A stretch of DNA of 64,000 nucleotides, taken from positions 8,990,001-9,054,000 of the forward strand of contig JBHGNT010000010.1 of assembly GCA_043228905.1 (NCBI GenBank). The letters are read 5' to 3'. Below, piece by piece: positions 12,304 through 25,800 of the stretch. The notes under the pieces were generated by a model. It saw only the letters and a program-made list of their open reading frames with translations, had not been told where the DNA came from and did no database searches. The stretch comes from Azolla caroliniana (Eukaryota > Plantae > Polypodiophyta). Position 1 is the stretch's first letter. Each line of letters opens with the position of its first letter. The translations under genes were made by a program, and so were the position numbers.

Positions 12304-12934
12304 CTGGCGTGAATGTGATTAGTAAAAGCATGGTAACAAGTTGGGAATCCGGGAATGGGAACCTTGTCCACTGTAGCTCCGGATGGTCGATATTAGTTCC
12401 ATCCGGCCAACGTGACTTATCCAAAACTTGGAGATCGCAATGGGGGGCCACCCATTCCAAATCTTCATAGTCGTACTTCAATTAAACTCGTCGGGGGCTT
12501 ACCCTTTGCTTTTAGGAAGACCTTCACTGAAGACTATGCACATTAAACAAAATTGGCAAAAGAATGTAATTAGCCTCCGTTGAGGGAAGACGAAAATCCT
12601 GGTGCTGACATAGGAGGGTGCGACAACGAAGAAGGAGATGACGCTGCTATACGCCGAGGGAGTACACATGATGGCAGGGCTAGCCGATGAGGAGGTCGAC
12701 TGGTACCTAGAGGAGAAACCTAAAATGGTACCATTGTTTGAGATCGATGTGGTGGAAGCAATTATCCCATGTGTCTGGGAGGGACACGGAGACAGATGAT
12801 GGCCTACAGGAGCTGGACCCAAAAGCCGTTGCTAAATTGGCACTTGTGCGAGAAATGGAAATATCCCAGCATGTAAGGCATCGACATTAGAGGAAGTCAA
12901 CTTGGGGATGGCGGAAGATCCCCTACCAATGATC

Positions 12935-14804
12935 ATAGTGTTTGATAAAGCACCCTTCTTGGTCGAATCGTACTTGCATCCCTTGCTCAACCATTTGGCC
13001 GACCGAGACCAAATTCTTCGTGATGGTGGGAACATGCAAAACATTTTTAATGTATGTTTTCTTACCTCTTTCGCCGAACGGAACATTGCCGATGTGCCGA
13101 ATCGGGTGCGTAGTGTTATCTCCGGTTTCAACATAACCGGGTCGCTCTGGCTCTCGAAGTTCGAGAAACCATTCTTTATGAGATGTCATATGGTTTGAGG
13201 CTCCGGAGTCAACAAACCATATGTCCTCCAAATTGAGGGCACTAGTTGAGGTAGAACATAGAGTTTGCTCTATGTTTCATCATGAACATTCCGCCACGGT
13301 CGGAGTTGTGTGCATACATTCCACCACGATATTCATAGTTGGAGTTGTGCCCGTACATTCCACTATACTCTTCGTAGTTGGAATTGTGCGCGTAATTCGT
13401 GAGTTGTCGGCTTGTGGAAGCCGATTCGCGCATCTTCTTTCGGCACTCTTCTTCGTGGTGGTCGAGCTTTCTGCAATATCTACATTTGGTTGCGTTTTGA
13501 CGGCTCGGGCCGGAGTGGAAGCTCCCCCTTCTTGTAAAGGTTCCTCATTGGCTTCCGTTTTGCGGCTGAAATTGGGAGTTGTTGTAGTAGGTCGGACCTC
13601 GTCCGCCTTGTCCTTGGCCAAATCGGCCTCTCGCTCATCCGCGTCCTCTTCCTCCGTTCAAGTGCGTGTAGAGCATGTGGCCTTCCGACTCATTGCTCCT
13701 TGTACGCATGTGGTTTTCTTTGACCAATAGCATTGATTGGAGCTCAAAGAAGGCAGGAGATTTCTCCCTTACTAGAACGACGGTTCGCATCGCGCCGAAC
13801 CGTGGTGCGAGGCCGCCGAGGCATATTTGCACCATCTCATCATCATTGATATTTACGCTTATCAAGTTAAGCGAGTCGCAAAGCTCCTTGATCTTCAAGG
13901 TGTATGTTGTGATGGACATGTCCCTTTGTGAATGTTGTTCAACTCTTGGCGGAGTTGAAGCCTTCTTGCGGTTGTGTTCGCCGTGAAAATCTTTCGTAGA
14001 TTTTCCAATGCCTCCTTCGGCGTATTGGCTTCACGAATGTAGCCGAGCATGTGATCGTGAACACATGTCGCCAAGCAATACATCACGCGGTTTGCGGCTT
14101 GCTCCCATGTTACGTATCCGGGAGCCGTGTCGATGGGTCGGTCTTCATGCGCTCCTTTAATGTAGCTCCAATAGCCTTGTTCGACAAGGTATTGGTGCAT
14201 CTTGTACTCCCAAGATGCGAAGTTGTTTCGATCCAACTTCTCGGTGGGGAGAGTGCTCCCCATTTGAGTATTCATTATGTCGATTCTTCTTCTTCTTCTT
14301 CTCTCTTCGAATGCGAGCTATGTAGCGAAGCTATGATAGCGATGAGCCGGTTCTTGGTCATCGGCGTGGAGCACAACACACAATCACAATGAGGCAAATG
14401 GGCTAGATCGAGCTACCAAATCGCTCTGATACCATGTAAAGAATCAAGAGATGGATTCTGTGCAGCGGAATAGATATGAATTGTGTGTGTGTGTATGAGA
14501 GAGAGAGTGTGTGTGAGACAAAGAGAATACGCAAGGTAAAGTATATTAACAAAGGAGAAAGACTCAACAAGGTGGGAGGAGGGTGCTTTATATAGTCACC
14601 CTCTCTCTTCATTAACTACAAGACTCATGGAGCATGGGGAATGTGAAAGCTCATAAGTTATGTGTCATAGAATATGATTCTATGACTCATACTAAATGCT
14701 AGAATACAAAGTGGTGACATAATGGTGACTCTTGACCGTTGGAGTGTCTATTCACTCTCAAGGTGAGTTCACACACTAGACCAAGTTGAGCTTGATTCTC
14801 AACA
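12935..14804 (-). mobile_element. Truncated Ty1/copia retaining only its 5' part (family A): LTR 14435-14804, PBS, gag, protease
   Basis: Reverse-complement PBS GCTCTGATACCA at 14423-14434; gag MNTQMGSTLPTEKLDRNNFASWEYKMHQYL; protease WFVDSGASNHM; LTR TGTAAAGAATC...TCTCAACA. Confidence 0.88.
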
Positions 14805-15140
14805 GTTTGTATTTCTTGAAGCCTTGGGAAGTTGATGTGGTCGACCCGCTTGTGCCATAGGTCGACATCCAATTTGACCTTTTGTCCTTTCACAAACACA
14901 ACAACGCCAACATCATTTGTGTCGAGGATGAACATCCTCCCATCTCTGTGCCCTCTTGCCATAATTGGACCTTCATCCTTGATGAAGCAACCATGGTGAT
15001 TGAAGCACACATGCATGCCCTAGTCGACTATCTGTCTAACCGACACCAAATTCTTGGTCATTGTCGACACATGCATGACATTTCGCATTATTCCTCTTTG
15101 GCCGACATGGCTCAGATGGAAATCACCTATGTGCTCGATG
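14805..15140 (-). mobile_element. Copia GAG-pre-integrase fragment
   Basis: ORF 14699-15016 (-) contains GRMFILDTND...DLWHKRVDHIN, homologous to 38690-38810. Confidence 0.7.
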
Positions 15141-15479
15141 GCATGTACATTTGCATTAAATGCAAATATTAATGTTCCTTAATTCACGTCGTGTTGGAGA
15201 GCTTCGAACTCTGCGAAGCTATCCACTCATTGAACCAAGTGAATGACTCCAACCACATTTTCCACCTTCAGGCATGTCCCATCACAACAACATCCCAAGA
15301 GTTGGTATGTGTTTGCCCAATAAAGTAAGACTATGGGATGGGCTCAAAATGTCGCCATGAAATGATACTACGAGAAAATCAGCTCATGTCGTGCACGCGC
15401 GCCCAACACACATATTCACACACACACACACACACTCTCTCTCTCTCTCTCAATACATGTTAGAGCCCATACCGTTAGT

Positions 15480-15875
15480 TGCCATTTGAACCATTGCTTC
15501 CATGCGACTTAGCTCACATGCATTGCGATGTGAGACAAGGAGTTGGGGCACAAGTGATGAGAGTGGTCAGTTATGCACACTTTGCCCTAAACAAGTTTGC
15601 GAGTTTGAGTATGATCACACTTTGATACAATGCTCTGCCTTTGATCATATTCGACCACGCTTTCCACATCTCTTCGACCGAGCCCAATCCTTGCATGAAT
15701 TTCTCTCACAACCACAATGTGCACTCTCGATTGAAACATTCATTGGTAACGTTCTTGAACATCAAGAGTCACTACTCACTTTCACACGTATCACGTGAAA
15801 TGTAATATTTTTGGTCTCAAAGGTCATATTTGACCACCGAAGACGATAATATAATCTATCGATCTATCTATCTCT
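15480..15875 (+). mobile_element. 3' end of a non-LTR retrotransposon (RTE-X-like C-terminal zinc finger and tail)
   Basis: ORF 15502-15798 RLSSHALRCET..W...CTLC...E..HTLIQC...IR, followed by a GGTCATATTTGACC hairpin and a (CTAT)n tail. Clade assignment is from motif recall only. Confidence 0.6.
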
Positions 15876-16047
15876 CGTTTTCTTTTTTATATTTTTAGTA
15901 CCTTATCCTACTGGTAAGTTGTTACTACAAGCACTATGTCTTGGGTTCAAAACCCAATTATCTCACCTCTCTATGATTACATACATTCATACATCTCTTT
16001 TAATTCACTAGATGCCAGTGTGGAATGTAGGGGTTGAACCCATGACC

Positions 16048-16062
16048 TCACACACACACACA

Positions 16063-16107
<45 letters not shown>
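16048..16107. repeat. (CA)n(CT)n(CA)n microsatellite upstream of RPN1
   Basis: Seen directly in the sequence. Confidence 0.9.
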
Positions 16108-16108
<1 letters not shown>

Positions 16109-16207
16109 TGTATGTACATAGATACAGACCCAGAGACGCAAGACGCAAGACGCAAGACACAGAACACATACAACATACGCAGATCCGAGGGAGAGAGGGA
16201 AGCAGCC

Positions 16208-16330
16208 ATGGCCAAGAAGCAGCTCGCCTTCTGCGTTCCCCTCCTTCTCCTGCTGTCTCTCTCCACGCTCCTTCCTGCCGCAATTGCAGGAGAACTCATC
16301 ACTGTCGCCAAGGTGGACCGCAAGGTATGC

Positions 16331-16385
<55 letters not shown>

Positions 16386-19300
16386 CTCCACAAATACATA
16401 GATCTCCTCTCTTCACCCTTATGTTCTGTAATGGATCTGCTTAGATCTACTCCTTGTCCATCTCTGAATTTGCTGTTTAATCGAAACGCTCTAGAAAACC
16501 GAAGTAGAAACAGCGCAGACGTGTAGGTTGTCTCGAGGACTCGGATCACCAAAAATAGAACTACAGAAGCTACAGATGAGCAGTCGTGCTAAAGATCAGA
16601 CATGAAATCCATTGTTTTCCTTCCTTCAAAGTCTCACGGTGTTGGTATTCCAAGCTATATACAAATTTGATGACTCTTGAGTACTAAATTTCAGTAAAGA
16701 ATATGAAAAAATGCCTAGATCCACAGTCAAGATACAAAATAAGAATTGGAACATGGAGATGTTAAATAGATGCAGAAAGCCATAGATTCTGTCAATTCTG
16801 GGCGTGCGTGTTGACGTATATGTAACCAGTATGTACATATATCCAGTCAAATCTGTATATTGACAATAGGTGTAAAAAACCCTACAGATGCACAGATTGA
16901 GGTCAAAGTTGAAACATGGATTTTGTTTCTTGAACTGTTGACATACTGGTATACCCTGTATATACATCAATCATTACTGATGTTCGAATTTATATTTTAT
17001 AAGAAGACATATAGAGTACACTGATATAGATCAAGATGGAACCTTGGATTATAGATGTTTTTAGAAGTAAAGACTCACATTTTCGAACAAACCAATCAAA
17101 GATGGTAAATTGAATTTACTTCTTGAACGGTCAGCATGCTTATATAGTTACATAGACTGAAAGTGATGTCTGCTGCGCTGTGAAACAAAATGAAAATAGA
17201 GAAAATGCACAGGCAGTCTACATTGATACAGTTCAAAGTGGAACTTTGATAATTGCTAAAATTAAAAGCATAGAAGCTGTGGTATCGATCTAGATCAAAG
17301 ATGGAAAATGGCGTTTTTACTACTGCAACATGCTGATATACCTGTTAAAATGAAAAAATTTATGGATATTTTTCAGACATCTCTTCCATTGAGCTGTCTA
17401 TTTCTAATTAGCAGACATTCTTTTCCTTCTGCGGCAAATGACACAGCAGCATAACTTATCGCAATGTTTGTCATTGTATGATTACCAACTTATCATATTG
17501 AGGGTAAATGATCAAATTAATACTATTTGTACGATGGATAGTAGGTGCGGCAAGCAGTGGTTCCCTTTTGATCATATTAGCATTTGCTGCAGTTCTACAC
17601 AGGAAGCGTAAAACCAGAGCAGCGTGATTGTATGAGAAATGTGCATATGCAATGGGCCCAGGCCTTAGATTCATCCCTCATTGTCACTTGCTAGCATCAC
17701 TAGTCTGACATCCTGCAGAAAATTTAAATTAGAACATCAAATTGTTTTGAAAAATTTCCAGGAAAATCAGGAAATGTAAACAACATGATTGCATTAGAGA
17801 TGTGCATTTGCAATTGACCCAGGTCTTGGATTTATTCCACATGGGCACTTCTCAGTATTATTAGTCTGACGTCCTGTATGAAAAAACAAATTAGAACATA
17901 AAATTGTTTTGAAACTTTTTTAGGAACATATGGGTAAACGTTTATGAAAAATTTAAGTTTCTCATTCAGTCCTCTGCTGACCCATACACTTGGAAATTTG
18001 CTAATCATAGAGGAAAATTATCAGTATATGTAAGAAGCAAGTGATGGCTCATACAGTAACACTGGGCATACTTACCACACATAATCTCAGTACTCTTGGC
18101 TTCTGTTGACAGAGACACTCCTATAATGATTTGAGTTATTAGGCCTGTTTCCATTGATTTATCGCGTTTAGATTTAATATACTCATGATATCTTAACTCC
18201 TGCACAGTATTTCAATAATTCCCTAACTGTTTCAAAATTTGAATGTTCATGTTAATTTATGTTAGATGGACCATTATAAAGGTATTCTATCCAATGGATT
18301 CCCTGAGGTTTACAATACTAATGTGGGTAATAAAAGATTAATTTGAGAGGAATGGTAATGGAAAGGCTCCGTATGTCTGGCGATGCAAGAAAAGAAAAAC
18401 ATTTCACGTGAATGAAAACAAATCATTTTGAGAAATTATAGAGAAGTGGAGTGAAGCTTCCTGGTTTGTGAAAATGCGTTCATTCACCCAGTCATGGAGG
18501 AATAAGATCCATCATGGTGAATTTGGGAAGCATTTGTGAACATTACTCAATGAGGAGTCATAGCACATATATTCTAAGAGAATGTATATAGCAGCATAAT
18601 TTCAACCTGTGATCTCCAGCTCATGGGCAAAGCTTTAACTGCTTTGTCTAGTAAAAATTAATGACTGGAATATCACATTTTTCATAAATGAATATACTAT
18701 AGCAATCAGAAATCATTTTAGAAAGCTAGAGAGCTATGGCAATGGCTTGCTATTTTCATGTATCATTCTTTTTGTTGATTGGTGTATATGATATGCCTAT
18801 TGTATTTTCTGACTTCTGTTTTACGTGTATGGTGTTTACGCATAAGTTCATGAACAATTCAAGGCCATTGGTGAAAATGGTAAATCTGACAATGTTGCTG
18901 TATTCTTCAAAGCACAATGTATTAAAAATATATATTATTATCTTGATTTGCAGGTTGACTTAAGCTCCCATAACATTAGGGCTATAACATCAATGAAGGT
19001 ACTTCTGGGAAATTTCAACTTTCTTTTCATGTGTTTACTTGCTGTTCAGCTACTAACACCATGTTTTACAACTTTATGGTAGTTTGAGAATGGGGATTCA
19101 TCTCCTGTCTCAGAGGTATTGTTTGCACTGCCCTTCAGTCAGGCAAACAACCTAGCCTTCATCGGTGCTTCCACATCTGAAGGCAAAGGGAAGAACAAAG
19201 GTTCAACAATCAACCTTCCAATAAAGTTGGCTCAGTCCAAGGACACAACCAAAGATGTGAGTCTGTATTCCATTGCCTTGAACAAGGCATTGAAATCGGG

Positions 19301-21433
19301 TGAATCGGTAACTGTCGAAATCTATACGGTCTCCACTCATGCTTTGAAGCCATTTCCAGCAGAAATAACTCAATCTGATGCACAGCTTGTTCTATATGAC
19401 GATAGTGCTCATGTAATCTCTCCTTATAATATTAAAGTGCAAATGTCACTATTCAAGATTCCAAGCACACGTATTGAATCTTATACAAAGGTAGAACCCG
19501 TAAAGCTAACAAGTAATGAATTGAGGTATGGTCCGTATGAGAATGTCCTGGCATATTCATCAAAACCAATAACGATACATTATGAGAACAACAGACCTTT
19601 TGCTGTGGTGGAAAAATTGGAGCGTGAGATAGAAATCTCCAATTGGGGTAATATTTATGTGACAGAAAATTATCATTTAGTGCATGGTGGAGCCCACCAT
19701 AAAGGAGGGTTTTCAAGGTATGTGCTGGATTGTTTAAAAGAATGCTATTGATTTCTATCATGAACATTTTGGTAATTGAGCTAGTTTTGTATGTGAAGAC
19801 TCGACTACCAAGCTAAACCTACAGTGAGTGGAGTTTCATCACTTCGTCAACTATTGGCACGACTTCCTCCACATGCCCATTCTGTATATTATAGAGATGA
19901 AATAGGCAATGTATCTACCTCTCATCTTCGAAGTGACAAAGATAAGGTCTGAATGCAGTTTATTTTAATCATTCCTCAGCTCAAATCTGAATATTCTGCT
20001 TATTCACTAGATATTTGTTCCTTTGAGCTGTATTGCAGACAGAGCTTGAGTTTGAGCCCAGATATCCTTTGTTTGGGGGATGGCATGTGACCTTCACAAT
20101 TGGATATGGAGTTCCTTTGCAAGATTTTGTTTTTAGGGCTAGTGATGGCAGAAGATTCCTAAAATTTCCTTTTGGATGCCCTCTTCATGATGTTGTTGTC
20201 AACAATCTTGTTATTAAGGTTTCATAGAAGAAAAGCTCTGTTTTTTATGCTTCTATAATATTTAACAGAAAGTGTATTATAGCTGATGTTCAGAACTTGG
20301 TATTTGCAGATAGTCCTACCAGAGGGGTCGAAGGAACCTTCTCTGGAAGTTCCCTTTGCTGTAAATGAGTCTCAGGAGGTAACTGTTCAGTGATTGACAT
20401 CAAATAATAATTTTGTAAGTAAATGAAAGCTCATACCTCGCTGTTTTTCACAACAGGTTAAATACAGCTATCTTGATAGTGTTGGAAGGACAGTGGTCGT
20501 GGTGTCAAAGAAAAACATAGTGCAGGAACATAATGTGTTTTTTGAGGTTATTTTTATTTCTGTGTGCTATATATTCTGGTTATCTATTTCCTGTATAATT
20601 CCTGTGCAATTCTTCCTGTTCAGCATTATCATTATCTATTTTTATGCAGTGTATGATTTCAGTTTACTTTTTCATTCTTGTGTAGTTATACTTCAAATTC
20701 AACTCGATTGCTATGCTGGTGGAACCACTGATGCTCGTGGCCGGTTTTCTCCTCTTCTTTGTTTCATGTATTGCATATGCGCGGTTTGATTTTTCAATAT
20801 CAAAGTCATCAGCTTCCTATCAGGCTCGTATACAGCGCGAAGAGGTAAATCTCAGAATAAGTTTTTATGAATTTTTATGCTATTGGCCACTGGTGAAAAT
20901 TTGATGTTCACTTTTTCTCTATCCATGTACAGGTAATGGATACAATCCAGAAGTTACAGAATATACTCAATTTCAGGCGAGTAAACATTAGCGAGAAGCT
21001 AGAAAGTTCCCTAAGGGATCTGGCAAGGACAGGGGATATTCAGAGCTGTAAAGCAGCTCGCAAGGCAGCTGATGCAGCTCTTAAAGAGTCTGCCAAGGAT
21101 CTGAAAGCATTGCATGACAGCCTTCTGTCACTTGCACGATCTCTGAATGTTCTACCCAAGGTTCTCACCTAGCCTCTCATTCTTTATTTGATCTGATAAT
21201 ATGTTTCTCATTGATAGCATCTATAAAACCACTCTTGGCAGGTGGAGCTGCTGATCACCAAGGAGAGGGAAAAACAGGAGAAGCTTGTACAGAAGCATAG
21301 TGTAGTTGTAGAGTCATATGAACGCAAGCTTTCTAGCAAAGAGATTGATAACCGCATTGCTCCTTATCAGCAGAAGACTTTGGCACTGAACAAGGAGATC
21401 GATGATATATTGCAGAGCATTGATGATTTGTAG
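16208..21433 (+). CDS. RPN1: Ribophorin I / oligosaccharyltransferase subunit 1 (OST1), about 620 aa, 10 exons: 16208-16324, 18954-18998, 19083-19717, 19799-19946, 20039-20218, 20310-20378, 20457-20546, 20686-20844, 20933-21160, 21242-21433
   Basis: Signal peptide [20 protein letters not shown]; ribophorin motifs [49 protein letters not shown]; transmembrane segment [13 protein letters not shown]; coiled-coil tail. All introns are GT-AG and the exons sum to 1863 nt in frame. Confidence 0.95.
16333..16385. repeat. (GA)n microsatellite at the start of RPN1 intron 1
   Basis: Seen directly in the sequence. Confidence 0.9.
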
Positions 21434-23519
21434 ACTCTGCAGTGTGCATAAACAGCAATTGCAGACAAACTGTGAAAGCTCTTAAACAGAAGTTAATTAG
21501 AAACTTTTCCAACAAATTAGTTGATATATTTTGAGTTCGTGAAAGGCTCCAAATATTATTGGACAAATTAGGATAAATTTTGATGAGCAATTGCAGGATG
21601 AATAGACCCAAATTTTGTTTTGATGAGACCATATTGTAACAGATCTCGTAGTCTATGAGTACAGCATTTCTAAAGAATAACTCATATGCTAGACCAGAAG
21701 TTTGTTGAATTATTATTCTTCTAGTTTTACACATTGAAGTTGGGATGACATAACATTTTTTTCTAGGTGCTAGAGCTTCAGGTAATAATATTAGAATTTC
21801 AAAAGGATTCTCTATTAGTATCTGGCTAGAGTAAAAGATGGTGGATCCAGGACAACTGGGAATTTTGGATTCAAATTGGTTTTGCTAGATCTTTAGATTG
21901 TGAATCTAGAAAATGGTTGGTCGTCCATTGGATGTCAGGATGCTATTTGGAACCCTTTCAATGCAGGTTTAGGGTAGTCTTCAAAATCCTATATCAATGG
22001 TAGTGGTGTTGAGTCCGAACTAGCATTATCTATGTCAAATTACATTTGTACCTAAATAGTTAACCTGCGTGGGCTTGAGAAAATGATGTTTCATGTATGT
22101 TGATCTCTATGTCAATATCATTGATTTTCATATTCGTCTAGAATCTTCTCTTCTTATAGAGGGACAAAATAGATCTCTAGCTTATTTCGTCGATTTGGTT
22201 TGGAGATGTGGGTAGAGGGTGCATTTGTCCTGGATAGAAACTTTTCATAAGTGCCACTAGATGATGGATAGGCATTATGTGTCATATGGATAATGGTACC
22301 TTGTTGCTCTTCCCTCATTATGTGTTCCTCATGCACAATTTTACGATTGTAATAAAAAAAATCAAAAGTCAACTGATTGTGATCTTTGGGGTGATGATCT
22401 TCTTTATGCCCCACATTTATTCCTTAATGTGTATATTGGCCTTTCCATAGGCAAAGAACAATTATAAGGCAAAGGGGAATTTTGAAGTTTGATGTAGAAG
22501 GTAAGTGATGTATAATCCAACAAGTTACTGTGGTTGGTGTATTTTTAATGTTTCGGAGTTTCAGGGTATTGTAGGTATTTTTAAAGCACATAGGTTTTTA
22601 AAACCAATAAATTAGCATTAAAATTAATGATTATAAATACACATATTTGAGTGAGGGGCTTGCAAAATTTTGGATTGGATAGTTGTAGACCAATGATGTG
22701 TAGAGAGGTTAAGGGTTCTTAATGGTTTTTCTAATGAGGGTTTACATTGGATCATTAGTTATTGAAGTCTATTGTATGCGAGAATTTCTCCTCTCCTAGC
22801 ATTCCTTTGTTGCATGCCATCACTTCAAGAGCGAGAGATGGGACACCATGATAATCCTAAGAAGAATGTTGATATGTGAGTTGTCATTTGAGGGCCTTAT
22901 AGTGTATGGTCATGGTCTAGTGTTGGCTCATGAATGATCGCAAATGAGAGCATAGAGCCATTACACGAGCCATTGTTGCTATTGTTCTTGTTATTGTTGC
23001 TACTCCTATAGTTGATGTCGCTCCTACTCTTCTTTCTACTACTACACTACTACCACTCATGCGGCTACTTCTACTCCTACACTAACTACTATGTCTCTTG
23101 AAACTACTTCTACTCCTATTTCTCACTACCACCACTTCTAACTTCTACTGCAGAAAGATTTGTCATCTTGAGGGGTGTCGCACTAAGTGCACATTTTTGT
23201 TTCTATTACAAGTATTTCTCCTTGCTAAAATTGCATGTTGGAGTCAAATCGTCATATATACCCTTTCATTGGAAAAACGGGGGAGAGTGGTTATTGTGCA
23301 CTCTCAAGTTACCAACAATCGCATACTACAACTTACATGAACTCTTCCTATCCTCTCTCGAATGATTGGTTAAACCAAGAAACTAGCTACCTTAATAGGG
23401 CTTAAACATTAACCATTGCAGTTAATGATATATAGAAAATACAACAAGCATCAACACAAACACAAACAGATCAACGATTGTCTTCAAATGAGCACTTAAC
23501 GTTAAGCTCATGTAAAGTG

Positions 23520-24230
23520 AGAGGGATAATAGATAGAATAGAATATCAACGAGAAGGCCAATTTGACTTATAGGACCAAATCAACCTATCATCTTGTACA
23601 TGACCCTTTCTTAAGACTCTTGAGTGAAAAATCTCTATGCAAAAATAATTCATTCACATGTCTTCTCACCCTCTTGGTGGACATTTGAGTATGACACTTA
23701 AATATGTTGCATGTCTAACAAGTGTCATCACATTCCTTTCAAATTGCAAGATGCACTAAGCATGTGATGTTTAGTGCTTCTATGGGTCGAGCATCTATTT
23801 CTATATATGATGACATGATATGATGTTGAGGATTTTACCCCTAGTTGATCACATAAAAACAAAATTTTTATTTTCTCTATTTCATTCTATGCACTAAGTG
23901 AGATAGTGTCACATCACACTTCCACTTAATAAAGTAACACAAACTACCATGGCGTTGAATAACATCAATATATTTCCCATCCTCGAGTATCACTTTGGTT
24001 GCATTGATTCTCAAACATATAATACTTATTCCAACCTATTTATCCTACCAAGATATTTGAAGCTTTGCACCACTTGTATTGGTTCTCCCTTGTATGTAAA
24101 AGTGGGTAGTGTCTTGTTTGTGTTGCCTTTATTGTCATAATTTTTGTCTAGCCCACAATAACATTTAGTCACTAATTTGATCGTGTAAAGAATAGAGTGT
24201 GATTCTATGTAGTGGAATAGGTTAATGGTG

Positions 24231-24293
<63 letters not shown>

Positions 24294-25800
24294 AAGATAG
24301 ATAGATAGGGAAAATGGAATACTCAAGAAGATGTATCTATTAGGAAGTGGAGAACAACTACAACAATATGAATATTACAAAGGAGATTACCCGACTCTTT
24401 ACGAAGTAGGATGTGGGTGCTTTATATAAGGTCGCGCTCTCTCTACACTCTCTCTTTAGAACCTTGGGGAATGTAGAGACTCATTAGTTATGGGGAATAT
24501 GGAACTCATTAGTTATGGGGAAGAGAATATGATTATATGACACATAGTTAATGTATAAGTAGTGGTGACTTTTGACCTTTGAGTGCTCATAGATTCTCAA
24601 AAGGTGTGTTCACACACTAGATTAGGTTGAGCTTGACTCTCAACAGATCAAATGTGTTCAATACTTCAAGTAAGTGTTTCATATTAGGCAAAGTATACGA
24701 AAATAAAACAACAACAGCAGTATATAGGAGCATAAAAATAAGGTGATGCATGAGTTTTGGGTCATCCAATCCTTCTCCTTTTGAAGTCTTGTTTATTGTA
24801 TCTTTTAGGTTTAGCGATACGTAGACCAAAGAGTGGGAGAGAGTGCTTGAAACCCATGTTATTCAAAATGTACTTTGAAAAACCACTATCCATGTTCAAT
24901 TGGCACCTTACTTTCAATACAATCATGTTATACATACTCTATGCTCTAATGGCATTCCAATCTCTATCGTTGTTTTCTAACGCTCTCCCTTTGATGCATT
25001 GTCAAAGGCTTTCTTGAAGTCCATAAAACAATAATATATTGTTTTCCCATGAAGTCAATTTTCTTCCATAATAACTCTTATTGTCCCCAAATGGTTAGCA
25101 ATTGAATGTTTTGGTCTAAAGTGTGCTTCACCAAGTACTCATTTAGGATTATGTTCAGCCAATGAGCTAGTCTTTTGTCCCATGATACTGCTATATAACT
25201 TTCCATAACTAAGCTAAACACGATAATCCATAGTTGGATACCACATTTTTATCTCCATGTTTATAGATTGGTTTAATCCAATCCTCTAAAAAACCTTGCT
25301 TGATATTTGATCCATGATCATTGTTATCCATACAAGAGTTTACGGTATTGTCCATTTCAAGATCTCACTTGTTATTATAGTTGCATCCATTGCTTTGACA
25401 TTAGACATCTTTTTTGCCCATCTATTAACATTTCCAATACACATGCATGATATGGTGTTTCAATACTCAAAGTCATAGGCATACCCCATTGTGCATATAA
25501 AGTTTGCATATTGTTCCATCTCCTCATTGGTGAATTCACTAATTAGATCTTCCTTTTTGCCCCTTGAGTTGTCAACGTTGATAGTTTTGTTGGAGTTTAA
25601 ACATTTGTGTTTTGTTCTGTTCTTGCATTTGATAGTATTGTGTCTTCTTTCTCCTCACCATTCATCAAAACAAGCATTGTATTGGAAATTAAGCATTCAT
25701 TGTCTAACTACATTGAGAATGACATCCTTCAATTGCTCCCAATAGTTTTCACATCTTTGCCGAGGGAGAGGTTCATGACATAAATCTCAACCTCATTTGC
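23520..25800 (-). mobile_element. Highly degenerate LINE (RT and 3' tail) interrupted by a solo LTR
   Basis: YKGEPIQVVQSFKYLG (LINE RT C-terminal motif) in ORF 24026-24295; decayed LLY(ADD)VVLF region near 24690-24740; tail at 23530-23580 resembles 15810-15870. Confidence 0.6.
24184..24645 (-). mobile_element. Copia family A solo LTR containing an expanded (TG)n tract
   Basis: TGTAAAGAAT...CTCAACA ends; TSD GATCG/GATCA; homologous to 14435-14804 and 35696-36147. Confidence 0.88.

Larger units (their letters stand above)
9860..12935 (+). mobile_element. Degenerate Ty3/gypsy gag-protease fragment interrupted by two solo LTRs
   Basis: Cys/His knuckle-like CSTCLNLDHSTLEC; removing 11828-12303 restores the aspartic protease motif IIDRGSGVNVIS; pre-RT EEVNLG motif near 12890-12910. 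Confidence 0.65.

Noticed and set aside
16008-16552. Overlapping ORFs with RERERE, LSLSLS or THTHTH runs
   Set aside because: These are translations of microsatellites around RPN1 exon 1.
17700-17930. About 65-bp diverged duplication in RPN1 intron 1 as a possible snoRNA pair
   Set aside because: No clear C/D or H/ACA box arrangement; it looks like an ordinary local duplication.
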